Positions 36,940 to 45,786 of a stretch of 60,787 nt of DNA are shown in pieces. The stretch is from a virus (lineage: Duplodnaviria > Caudoviricetes). The DNA lies in IMG/VR virus record IMGVR_UViG_3300044823_000252, positions 1-60,787 of that record. The stretch is one strand, 5' to 3'. A program made the position numbers and the translations under genes. The stretch's first letter is position 1; the number at the start of each line of letters is the position of its first letter. The notes under the pieces are model-generated. The model worked only from the letters and a program-made list of their open reading frames with translations, made no database searches and was not told where the DNA came from.

Positions 36940-39774
36940 TCAACCGATCCCCTCGCCGTCCAACCAGTCGGCGAACGGCGCGTCGACCGGCTCGCCCGTC
37001 GGGACCTCGGCCCATTCGTCGGACGGCGCGTCGATGGCGTCGATCGTCCTCGCGAGCGCGTTCTCCTCCGCGGAGATCCCCATGGCGCGATCCTCTTCCG
37101 CGGCGTCGCGCTCGTCGTGAGCGCGAGTCGCCTCGCTCAGCGCCCGCTCCTCGAGCGCCTCCTGCTCCTCGCGGGCCGCCTTGCGCAGGAGGCGGCGCTC
37201 GAGGAGGCTCTGCCATAGCGCGTCGGACGCGAAGTCCGCCTTGATCTTCTCGGACCAGTGCCGGGGAGGCCAGGCGCCGTAGCGATCCTTGTAGATCGCG
37301 CTCGCGAAGCCAGGCTTGAACCCCTTGCTCTTGGCCATGACGACCTGCCGCCAGAAGAACGCCCACTTGAGCGCCTCGGGCTCGGTCTGCCGCTCGCGGA
37401 GCTCCCCGTCGCTCTCGCTGAGCGGCCGCTCCTGGCGGGGGATCTCCGCGCCGCAGTGCGGGCAGACCGTGCGCGACACGCCGCAGTACCCGCCGCACGC
37501 GGGGCACTTGCGCATCATCTCCTGACCGCCCGCCCGTTTCGGGCGGTCCTTGAGGGACCAGGCGACGTCCTCGAACGGGCAGCCGAGGCCGGGTCGGTCG
37601 AAGTTCCCCGCGTGGTCGAGCAGGAGTGGGATTATGCCGCACCACGGTCGCATCTCGCGCCCACACATCTGCCTCCACGCGGTCATGCTCATCGTCGGGC
37701 GAGCGCACACGACACACTTGATTTCCTGGATGTCGATCCCCTCGACGGCGACCAGGCAGTTTGTGACGACCTCGAGCCGCCCCGAGGCGAGGTCGCTGAG
37801 TATCCGCTCGCGATCGCCCTCCGGAGTGTTGCCGTCGAGGTGCGCTACGCGCACCCCGGCGCGCCCGAACCGCTCCGCGAGCGACAGCGAGTGCTCGACG
37901 TTGACCGCGAACACGATCGTGCGGCGCCTCTCGCCATCGACGAACTCCCCGGGCACGCGGACCCCCTTGTTGAAGACGGGGTGCAGGTGCGCTCGCTTCA
38001 GCCAGGTCTCGACGACGTTGCCCTCGAGCCGGTCGGCGCGCATCACCTGCGCGAGCTGGTCCTCGTCGAAGTCCGACCCGCTCTTGCGCACGCGCGACAG
38101 GTCAGCCGCCTCGCTGCCGGCGAAGACGTCGGGCGCGACGAGCCAGTCGGGGTGCTTGAGTAGCTCTGCGTACGTCGCGACCTGCACGATCTCCTCGAAG
38201 AGATCCCCGCCGAGCGGGCGACCGTCGAGCCGCACCGGCGTCGCGGTGAAGCCGAGGACGATGGGGTCCTCGTACGCAGAGAGGAGCTCCCTGTAACTGT
38301 CGGAGGCAGATCTATGACATTCATCAATTATTACAATAACTTGCTTGCCTAAAAACGGCCTGTCACGTCGCGCGAGCGTCGCGATGCTGCCGACCTGCAC
38401 GGACGCCGACGGGTCGTAACGTGCGTCGTTCCCGCGGATGACGCCCACGTGGGTGATCCCCTGGTTGGCGAGCTGGCGCACGGCCTGGTCCAGAATTTCC
38501 TTGCGGTGGGCCACGAAGAGCACTGGCAGCGTCGCTGACTTGATGATCGCCGCGAGCAGGACAGTCTTTCCACTGTTGTGCGTGACGGTGAAGTCGTCGA
38601 GTAGGTATCGTCCATCTCGATCGAGAGTGAAGCCGTAGAAACTTGCATCCTTCACACGTTTTACCGAGAATCCAGTCCGAAGCGGATTCTTCTTTTGTGT
38701 GCGAGCTGCGGCTCTCTTCCTTGTTACTTTGCACGGAACGACAGACGTTTCACCGGACACTGACACCCGCCAGTAGGTCCCTACCGCTCCGGTCTGACAT
38801 CCCTTCCGACACTTGGACACGTAGGCAGCTAGACCCAGGCTCCTAGCCAAAAATGCGACGTCACGAGATAGCGCCTCGGACTTTGAGATAAAGTCGAAGC
38901 CTTTGAGCGACATCGATCCGTCCGTATCGATGAGACCAGCCAGCAGTGCAGCACGATCCTTACGTGAGGCAACCTTGTACTGGTGTGGGATGAACTTCGA
39001 CCCACCATCAAGACCTTCGAGTCCAACCTGATCCAGTAGCAACTTGAGCCGATTCCGGCTGCCACCCCTTGGGCCGTTTGATTTGTTGGCCAGGTGGAGG
39101 ACGGTGTTGTCCACCCCCCCACGTTCATCTCGACGCACGCGCAAGCCGATCCGTTCGGCTTGAACCTCGATCGGGGTGGTTATTTCATGTTTGGTGCCTA
39201 TGGAGATCGACATGGAGCTGTTCCTGCTGCAGCCGTCTCCGAGGTAGAGGCCTAGCAGGTACGGATCGATCGGTAGGATCGCTCGACTTCTTGGGAAGTT
39301 GACACTGACGCGGAGTAGCTTGTGAATGTGCTTGCGCCACTTCGACCACGAGAGCCATTCGCGGACTGTGACGTCCACTAGTTCACCGTTTCGGTGAGGT
39401 TGCCCGTCTGCGTTCGTGCGCACGAGCGTCAGTACGTGGTCCTCGTTGACGATCCACGATTCACCCTTGACCGGGATGATGCGGTACATGCGCCCGAACC
39501 CACGGCAGAGAGCTAGAACTCTACGCGGTGCACTGTCTGGACCCATGAGGAGGTCGCCAACGCATACCTCCTCGATCGCGCGTAGCGATCCGTCGAACAT
39601 CATCACGCGCTGCCCTTTTGCGTGGCATCCGGTGGGGCTCACGCACAGGATTCGTTTCTTTCCCAGCAGCACCCTCGTGCGCACCTCCACGAGCGCGCGC
39701 GACTGGTAGGGGCGCAGCTTCTTGGGTGGCGCGCCCTGCGTGAGGGCGGTGGACTCAAAGAGCGGGAGCGTCAT
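36940..39774 (-). CDS. SF2 DExH helicase (RadD/YejH-like) with intein
   Basis: LRPYQ, SPTG|SGKT split by intein, DECH, GFTATP, EGID, QMCGR, DHAGN, CPAC..CPHC. Confidence 0.92.
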   Translation of the reverse strand: MTLPLFESTALTQGAPPKKLRPYQSRALVEVRTRVLLGKKRILCVSPTGCHAKGQRVMMFDGSLRAIEEVCVGDLLMGPDSAPRRVLALCRGFGRMYRIIPVKGESWIVNEDHVLTLVRTNADGQPHRNGELVDVTVREWLSWSKWRKHIHKLLRVSVNFPRSRAILPIDPYLLGLYLGDGCSRNSSMSISIGTKHEITTPIEVQAERIGLRVRRDERGGVDNTVLHLANKSNGPRGGSRNRLKLLLDQVGLEGLDGGSKFIPHQYKVASRKDRAALLAGLIDTDGSMSLKGFDFISKSEALSRDVAFLARSLGLAAYVSKCRKGCQTGAVGTYWRVSVSGETSVVPCKVTRKRAAARTQKKNPLRTGFSVKRVKDASFYGFTLDRDGRYLLDDFTVTHNSGKTVLLAAIIKSATLPVLFVAHRKEILDQAVRQLANQGITHVGVIRGNDARYDPSASVQVGSIATLARRDRPFLGKQVIVIIDECHRSASDSYRELLSAYEDPIVLGFTATPVRLDGRPLGGDLFEEIVQVATYAELLKHPDWLVAPDVFAGSEAADLSRVRKSGSDFDEDQLAQVMRADRLEGNVVETWLKRAHLHPVFNKGVRVPGEFVDGERRRTIVFAVNVEHSLSLAERFGRAGVRVAHLDGNTPEGDRERILSDLASGRLEVVTNCLVAVEGIDIQEIKCVVCARPTMSMTAWRQMCGREMRPWCGIIPLLLDHAGNFDRPGLGCPFEDVAWSLKDRPKRAGGQEMMRKCPACGGYCGVSRTVCPHCGAEIPRQERPLSESDGELRERQTEPEALKWAFFWRQVVMAKSKGFKPGFASAIYKDRYGAWPPRHWSEKIKADFASDALWQSLLERRLLRKAAREEQEALEERALSEATRAHDERDAAEEDRAMGISAEENALARTIDAIDAPSDEWAEVPTGEPVDAPFADWLDGEGIG
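38575..39627 (-). mobile_element. Class 1 intein with LAGLIDADG homing endonuclease (351 aa) in the helicase P-loop
   Basis: Starts CHAKG, ends VTHN|S; LLGLYLGDG and LAGLIDTDG; lower GC than the exteins. Confidence 0.93.
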
Positions 39775-39777
39775 CGT

Positions 39778-40128
39778 CTAGCCATCTCCGAGCGTCCCCA
39801 TGCACTTGTACCCTTCCTGTCCGTGCTCGCGCGCCCATGGCTCGTAGATCGAGTCGTAGTCGTCGTCATCGAGGCTGACGATGCGGACCCTCCACCCGCT
39901 CGCCGCAAGGAACTCGTACAGCGCTCGCCCCTCCGGGATCGCGAGGCGGTAGCGATCGGTCTTCTCGGGCGGGTCGTCGCCACCGTTGACGGCGCGGAGC
40001 CACGACTCGAAAGGCTGCTCCGTGATGGCGTTTGGTTGACCGGTGTCCTCGCCGCCGATGATGAGCGTCTTCTCGCAGTCGAAGTAGACGCGGCGCGCGT
40101 CGTCGACGAGCAGGTAGTGGTTGCTCAT
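39778..40128 (-). CDS. Hypothetical protein
   Basis: 116 aa upstream of the helicase. Confidence 0.6.
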   Translation of the reverse strand: MSNHYLLVDDARRVYFDCEKTLIIGGEDTGQPNAITEQPFESWLRAVNGGDDPPEKTDRYRLAIPEGRALYEFLAASGWRVRIVSLDDDDYDSIYEPWAREHGQEGYKCMGTLGDG

Positions 40129-40398
40129 GGAGTAACGGCCTCTCCGATGCGCTCGACTGTCATAGCGCCACCGCGACCATGTCGAGGACCTTCCCCATGA
40201 TGCGCGCGGCCACCTTCGGCCGCATCCGACGGCCCGGCTTGAGAAGCTTCCTCACCGTCGACTCGTGCTCGCCGATCCGCCTGCAGAGCGTGCCGAGCGG
40301 GACGCCGCCGGCGCCTCCGCAGACCTTGCACGGGTCTGCCCAGTCGGCGTCGCGGTGGACCAGACCGCGCACGCAGTCGGGCGCGTCGCAGGCGACGA

Positions 40399-40572
40399 TC
40401 ACGCGCGTTCCTGCAGCAGCGTCCGCGCCACCGCGCTCACGTTCACCGGCATCCCGGTCCGCTTGCTCTGCTTCTCCGCGAGCTTCTCCAGTTTCTCGAG
40501 CAGCCGCTGCGGCACGCGCAGCCCGAGGTAGACCATCCGATCCTTCTTCTTGTCGACAGGCATGTTGAACAT
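40399..40572 (-). CDS. Ribbon-helix-helix DNA-binding protein
   Basis: VYLGLRVPQRLLEKLEKLA..NVSAVARTLL; sits at a divergent junction. Confidence 0.7.
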   Translation of the reverse strand: MFNMPVDKKKDRMVYLGLRVPQRLLEKLEKLAEKQSKRTGMPVNVSAVARTLLQERA

Positions 40573-40589
40573 CGATAACACAAAATGAC

Positions 40590-40618
40590 TTGCTGTGCTC
40601 GGAAGAGCGGCGTACGGT
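40590..40618 (+). promoter_or_regulatory. Promoter for the rightward recombination/metabolism operon
   Basis: TTGCTG-N17-TACGGT. Confidence 0.4.
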
Positions 40619-40958
40619 GCGGCCAGTTGGGTTTGGGTCTGATTTTTTGACAGGTGAGGTGAGCGATGACGGACGGCGACTCTGCCGCGCGGCTAGATAG
40701 ATCCGCCTGCGCGGAGAAGGACTGGGGGAGGTGGCGCGACTACCGCTCGACGGTGTTCTTGCGTTACCCAGACGCGGAGCTGGTGGCGTGTGGTACGTGC
40801 GGGCGACCGTGCGACAAGGTCAAGTCTAGTCGACCGCTCTGCGACGGGTGCTGGGAGGTTGAGTACCGGCTCGACGCGTACCTGCGTGACGGCGGCGCGG
40901 CGGCGGCGCGTTTCCTGATCGCGGCACTTGAAGGGGAGCCGCTGCGCCTGGTGTCGAA

Positions 40959-41636
40959 GTGAGGCGCGCGCTCTTGCTTGACACGGAGACGACTGGGATC
41001 GACCCATCGGTAGACAAGATCGTTGAGGTTGCAGTCTGCCTGTTCGACCTTGAGTTGGGCTGCCCGATCGTCAGCTACGCGTCACTGATCCAGGCAGCGA
41101 GTAATGCCGCCGAGTCGATCAACGGTATCTCCGCCGCTGCTTTGGCTGGTGCCCCGCACGGTATTGAGGTGTGGCGTTCCGTGGCCGAGCTGGCGTCTCA
41201 AGCCGACGTCGTCGCCGCGCACAACGCGGAGTTCGACCGATCGTTCGTGCGTGCTGCTGGTATCGAGTCGGTCGCGGGTCGTGACTGGGTCTGTACGATG
41301 AGCGATCTTGACTGGGGCGGCAGTAGGAAGCTTGTGGAGATCGCTCTGAACCACGGCGTCGGCGTCGCGAGCATCCACCGCGCGGCAGCCGACGTCGACA
41401 TCATGGCGCGCTTGTTCGCGCGCGTGCGTGAGCGTGGCGGGGACCTTCCCGCGCTGTTCCGACGAGCGGCGCGCCCGAAAGCGCTCTTCTACGCGCTGGT
41501 CTCGTACGAGAACCGGCAGATCGCTAAGGCCCACGGGTTCGGGTGGGATGAGGCGAAGCACGGCAAGAACTGGTTCCGGTACATGCCGCCGGAGGACACG
41601 GAGGCGCTGCCGTTCCAGGTGCGGAGGGTCGCCTGA
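40959..41636 (+). CDS. DEDDh 3'-5' exonuclease (DnaQ-like)
   Basis: LDTETTG, AHNAEFD, HRAAAD. Confidence 0.9.
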   Translation: MRRALLLDTETTGIDPSVDKIVEVAVCLFDLELGCPIVSYASLIQAASNAAESINGISAAALAGAPHGIEVWRSVAELASQADVVAAHNAEFDRSFVRAAGIESVAGRDWVCTMSDLDWGGSRKLVEIALNHGVGVASIHRAAADVDIMARLFARVRERGGDLPALFRRAARPKALFYALVSYENRQIAKAHGFGWDEAKHGKNWFRYMPPEDTEALPFQVRRVA

Positions 41637-41844
41637 TGGCCGTCGCTGGAGGTGTGGCGATTCCCCTAATGGATCGAGTCACCTTCGACAACGTGACCGA
41701 GATCGACCTCGACGGTCACGTAGACGCACGCGGGGTTCAGTACGTAGGCAATGCCGCGAAGCAGGCGGACGGCACGTGGCGGTGCCTCGCGGTCGTGGGT
41801 GGCGCCCTTTGCGTCGTGGAAGTCCGTATTAGGCCGGAGGCTGT

Positions 41845-42888
41845 ATGACGCTCCTCATCCTCGAGACAAAGACTTCCGGAGAGGACATAACGCCAGGATC
41901 CAGCTACTGGCGTCGGATCAGGATGGACCCGCAGATCGGTGTCTACCTGCGCGCGGCGCAGCAGAAGGGGCTCGACCCCGCCGCCATCGGGTACGACGTC
42001 CTGGGCAAGGTCGCTCTGCGGCCGCTGAAGGCTACCCCACTCGAGTCGCGCAAGTACACCCAGCCGACCAAGAAGGAGCCGACGCCGCGCCTCTACGCCA
42101 ACCAGCGCGAGCGCGACGAGACGCCTGAGGAGTACGGCGAGCGGTGTCTGAAGGCTATCGCGGCGGAGCCCGACGCGTACTACCAGCGCGCGCTGCCGGT
42201 GCGCCTGTTCCAGGAGCAGCACGACGGCGCGGTCGACGTCTGGCAGACGGCGCAGACGATGCGCGAGGCGCACCGGCTGAACGTGTTCCCGCGAAACCCC
42301 GACTCGTGCTTCAACTGGAGCCGGGCGTGCGACTTCCTGCCCGCGTGCTGCGGGGACGTGCCGCTCGACGATCCGCTCCTATTCCGGCGGGAGGACAAGG
42401 AGCACGAGGAGCTCGAGGACATCTTCGAGACCGACCGCGTCGTGCTCACGCAGTCGAGCATGCGTACGTTCCGCGCGTGCCCGCGGCGCTACCAGATCCG
42501 CTACATCATGCACTTGCGGCCGGTCATCCGATCCGAGGCGCTACGGACCGGGTCGAGCGTGCATCGGGCCGTCGAGGCACTGCGCAAGGGTAAGTCGCTC
42601 GACGAGGCCCTGCTCGCGCTCGACCACGAGGACCCGTACGACTACCAGCGCGAGCGGGCGATGATTGTCGGGTACGTCGCGCGCTGGGGAGACGCCACAC
42701 GCGGCATCGTCGCGGTGGAGTCGCAGTTCGAGGTCGACCTGGTCAACCCGGAGACCGGGGCGGCGTCGCGCACGTTCCGGCTGGCCGGCAAGATGGACGC
42801 GATCTTCGACGGAGACGTGTGTGAATTTCTCGGTGCTGCTGGGCAGCCTGCGGCGGGTTCGATCCCCGCCACCGGGACGGAGGTGTAG
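41845..42888 (+). CDS. Cas4/RecB-like PD-(D/E)XK exonuclease, circularly permuted
   Basis: ETKT, QIGVY and the Cys cluster come before the S..CPRRY, GSSVH, VESQF and GKMD motifs; GGAGG RBS. Confidence 0.8.
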   Translation: MTLLILETKTSGEDITPGSSYWRRIRMDPQIGVYLRAAQQKGLDPAAIGYDVLGKVALRPLKATPLESRKYTQPTKKEPTPRLYANQRERDETPEEYGERCLKAIAAEPDAYYQRALPVRLFQEQHDGAVDVWQTAQTMREAHRLNVFPRNPDSCFNWSRACDFLPACCGDVPLDDPLLFRREDKEHEELEDIFETDRVVLTQSSMRTFRACPRRYQIRYIMHLRPVIRSEALRTGSSVHRAVEALRKGKSLDEALLALDHEDPYDYQRERAMIVGYVARWGDATRGIVAVESQFEVDLVNPETGAASRTFRLAGKMDAIFDGDVCEFLGAAGQPAAGSIPATGTEV

Positions 42889-42890
42889 AG

Positions 42891-44912
42891 ATGGCAGTGG
42901 ACATGGGTCGCATCGTCAAAGGGAAGGTCGCGCGGCCGCCGCGCGTGGTCCTCTACGGGTTCGAGGGTGTCGGTAAGGCGCAACCTGTTGACGCGATGGT
43001 TCTGACGCCGACAGGTTTTATCGAGATGGGATCTCTGGAAGTCGACGACCAGGTTATCGGTGTTGACGGCAAGCCAGTACGTGTCGTCGGCGTGTTCCCG
43101 CAAGGGAAGAAGAAGATCTTTCGTGTCGTGATGAAGGATGGCGCGGAGACAGAGTGCTGCGAGGAGCACTTGTGGGAGACGACAACGGTAACGGACTCTC
43201 TTCATGGAAAACCATCGAAGGTCCGTTCGCTCGCTGAGATCAGGGAGAAGTTTTTGTACCGGAAAGGTGCGGATGGGGATCCTAGTAACGCGAACGACGT
43301 ACCGAATCACCGCATTCCAGTGGCGATGCCGGTGGAGTTCACCAGCGCGGGGCCCCTTTCGCTGAATCCGTACCTTCTCGGTCTGCTCCTTGGGGATGGG
43401 GTTCTTGGCGGCCATGCGAATAGTGTGGCTTTTTCAAAGCCGGAGTCAGACGTGATGGACCGGTTGGCTGCGGCGCTTCCTGAATCGGATACGGTTACCC
43501 GGTTCGATGACGGGAGCGGTCTGCGGATCCGAAGGAAGAAGCAGTCGAACCATAGGGACCAGTCGGACACATCGAAAGCGCTGTCTGCACTCGGCCTGCG
43601 AGGCTTGTCGTCGCTGGAGAAGTTCATCCCGGACGCCTACTTATTCGCGAGCGTAGAGGACAGGATCAATCTACTGCGCGGCATCTGCGACACGGACGGG
43701 CACGTCATACGGTCGGGACAGCGGGTCGAGATATCCACCTCTTCCCCGAGACTGAGGGACGGGATCCTGTTCTTGATCAGGTCGCTTGGTGGTGTCATTA
43801 CGTTGACCCAGAGAACCCCCGCGTACATGTACAACGGAGAGCGTCGGTTCGGATCGGTGTCGTGGCGCATGCTGGCGGCATTCCCGCACGGACTCTGCCC
43901 GGTCTCAAGCGAGAAGCACTTGGCCAAGTGGAGGTCCGACCAAACGCCACACTATCAGACCATCGTCGAGGTGGAGGAGGTCGGCGAGAAGGAGTGTCGG
44001 TGCATTAAGATCGACGCGGAAGACGGCCTGTACCTCACGGATGACTTCATCGTCACGCACAACACCACGTGGGCTGCAGGGGCGCCGAACGTGTTCTTCC
44101 TCGACGCCAACAGGGGCAGCTCCAAGCTCGACGTCGAGCGCGTCGAGATCGAGTCGTGGGACGACGCGTTCGGGTGGCTCGAGGCTATCGAGGCCGGTCA
44201 CATCAAGTGCGACAACGTCGCGTTCGACGTGCTCTCGGACTTCGAGAACATGAGTCACGTGAAACTATTCCCAGGCAGCACGATCTCAAAGTACGATGGC
44301 GGCTACGGCAAGGGGGACGACGTGGCGCTGAAGGAGTGGCGCTGGCTGCTCGCTCAGGTCGAGCGCGTGTGGCTGCGCGGCAAGGGCATCATCTTCGTGG
44401 CCCACGCTCAGGTGAAGAAGTTTGAGGACCCGACTGGTCCGGGCTATGAGCGGTTTGAACTCGCGTGCAGGAAGAACATCGCCGCCCTACTCAAGGGGTG
44501 GAGCGACTACGTGTTCTTCGCGCGCGAGAATGTGACGGTCGCCACGGTGGAGAAGGGCAAACCGGCCAAGGTCTCGACCACCGGCGAGCGGTGGGTCTAC
44601 ACCAAGCGCCTGCCGGCCTACGACGCGAAGGCGCGCGGCACGGCGCTCTTCCCGGACAAGCTACCTCTGTCGTGGGACGAGTTCGCGCGAGCGGTCAAGG
44701 AGGACGACACGCGCGGCGATCAGATGAGGGGTGAGCTCGACGCGATGCTCACTGAGATCGGCGACAAGGCGTTCGAGAAGACCGTGCGCGACTGGGTCAA
44801 GCAGTACCCCGCCGGCCTGGTCGACGCGTTCAACCGCGTGCAGATCCGTCTCAACGCGAAGCAGGAGGTCGCTGACGCGGACAAGTCCGCGTCCGCTACC
44901 GCCACCGCGTGA
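42891..44912 (+). CDS. AAA_24/Sak4-like phage ATPase with intein
   Basis: LYGFEGVGK|TTWAA split by intein; YDGGYGKG, IIFVAH, WSDYVFF, AYDAKAR. Confidence 0.88.
   Translation: MAVDMGRIVKGKVARPPRVVLYGFEGVGKAQPVDAMVLTPTGFIEMGSLEVDDQVIGVDGKPVRVVGVFPQGKKKIFRVVMKDGAETECCEEHLWETTTVTDSLHGKPSKVRSLAEIREKFLYRKGADGDPSNANDVPNHRIPVAMPVEFTSAGPLSLNPYLLGLLLGDGVLGGHANSVAFSKPESDVMDRLAAALPESDTVTRFDDGSGLRIRRKKQSNHRDQSDTSKALSALGLRGLSSLEKFIPDAYLFASVEDRINLLRGICDTDGHVIRSGQRVEISTSSPRLRDGILFLIRSLGGVITLTQRTPAYMYNGERRFGSVSWRMLAAFPHGLCPVSSEKHLAKWRSDQTPHYQTIVEVEEVGEKECRCIKIDAEDGLYLTDDFIVTHNTTWAAGAPNVFFLDANRGSSKLDVERVEIESWDDAFGWLEAIEAGHIKCDNVAFDVLSDFENMSHVKLFPGSTISKYDGGYGKGDDVALKEWRWLLAQVERVWLRGKGIIFVAHAQVKKFEDPTGPGYERFELACRKNIAALLKGWSDYVFFARENVTVATVEKGKPAKVSTTGERWVYTKRLPAYDAKARGTALFPDKLPLSWDEFARAVKEDDTRGDQMRGELDAMLTEIGDKAFEKTVRDWVKQYPAGLVDAFNRVQIRLNAKQEVADADKSASATATA
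42978..44063 (+). mobile_element. Class 3 (Ala1) intein with LAGLIDADG endonuclease (362 aa)
   Basis: Starts AQPVD; WCT signature (EHLW, ECRCI, VTHN|T); LLGLLLGDG and LRGICDTDG. Confidence 0.88.
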
Positions 44913-44965
44913 GCCAAGAGGTTGTCTGAAGAAGTGTGAAAGAGAGAACAAGGAGAAAACCGACC

Positions 44966-45493
44966 ATGAGCAACGTACCGCCCATCCCCCAGGCGCCCCA
45001 GGCGTCACCGACCACGAAGCCGACCGACCCCAAGGAGGGTCGGTACAAGGCCAAGGCCGCAGCGCCCGACCCGACTGGCGCCCCGCACGAGTTCGGGAAG
45101 AGCTCGAAGGGCACCCCGGAGCTGCTCGTCCACCTCTACCTGCCGGACCTGCAGCGCACCTTCGTCTCGCCGCTCTACTTCTCGGCGGATGCCGCTCCGT
45201 ACTCCGAGGAGCGCCTGCGCGCGCTCGGCTGCGCGGACATCACGACGCTCGCCGGCATCGACTCGAACGAGGTCGACGTCGAACTGTCGTACGAGTTCTA
45301 CGACGGCAAGTGGCGCATCCGCGTGTCGATCCTGTCGGGCGGCGGCGTGTTCCACACCTCGAATCCGATGCCAGGCGGCGGCAAGGAGTTCGCGGCGAAC
45401 ATCCAGGCGTCGCTCGGTCGGCCGGTCAACCTCGGTGGAGTTGCGACCGTCAACGGGACCGGCGGCAGCGGATCACCCAAGCCCCCGTTCTGA
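44966..45493 (+). CDS. Putative phage ssDNA-binding protein
   Basis: EGRYKAK..GKSSKGTP..VDVELSYEFYDGK, flexible tail ending PPF; follows the Sak4-like ATPase; AAGGAG RBS. Confidence 0.65.
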   Translation: MSNVPPIPQAPQASPTTKPTDPKEGRYKAKAAAPDPTGAPHEFGKSSKGTPELLVHLYLPDLQRTFVSPLYFSADAAPYSEERLRALGCADITTLAGIDSNEVDVELSYEFYDGKWRIRVSILSGGGVFHTSNPMPGGGKEFAANIQASLGRPVNLGGVATVNGTGGSGSPKPPF

Positions 45494-45786
45494 TGCCCAG
45501 GCGCGCGAGTAGGGTCGTCGTCGCCGATCTCGACGACGCCGACCTCCTTGAGCGCGTGCTCGCGCGCACCGACTTGGACCCGTACGAGGCGGGCGTCTTC
45601 GCGGAGATGCTCGACAGGCTGCGGGAGCGCGCCGAGGAGTACGGCGACGGCGCGTACGGCCTGACCGACAGGCAGCGCGAGTGGGCTGAGCGAGCGCTCG
45701 CGCGAGTGAAGCGGAAGCTGACCGGGGCGGAGTTCGTCGAGGTGGTCCGGACGACCATCGGTAGAGATCTGAGGTTACGGACTTGA
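45493..45786 (+). CDS. Hypothetical protein (paralog of 7426-7833)
   Basis: DLLERVL..FAEML..LTDRQREWA. Confidence 0.6.
   Translation: MPRRASRVVVADLDDADLLERVLARTDLDPYEAGVFAEMLDRLRERAEEYGDGAYGLTDRQREWAERALARVKRKLTGAEFVEVVRTTIGRDLRLRT

Noticed and set aside
41845-42888. True cas4 of the CRISPR locus
   Set aside because: It lies 17 kb from the array in a standard phage recombination module, and no cas1/cas2 is present.
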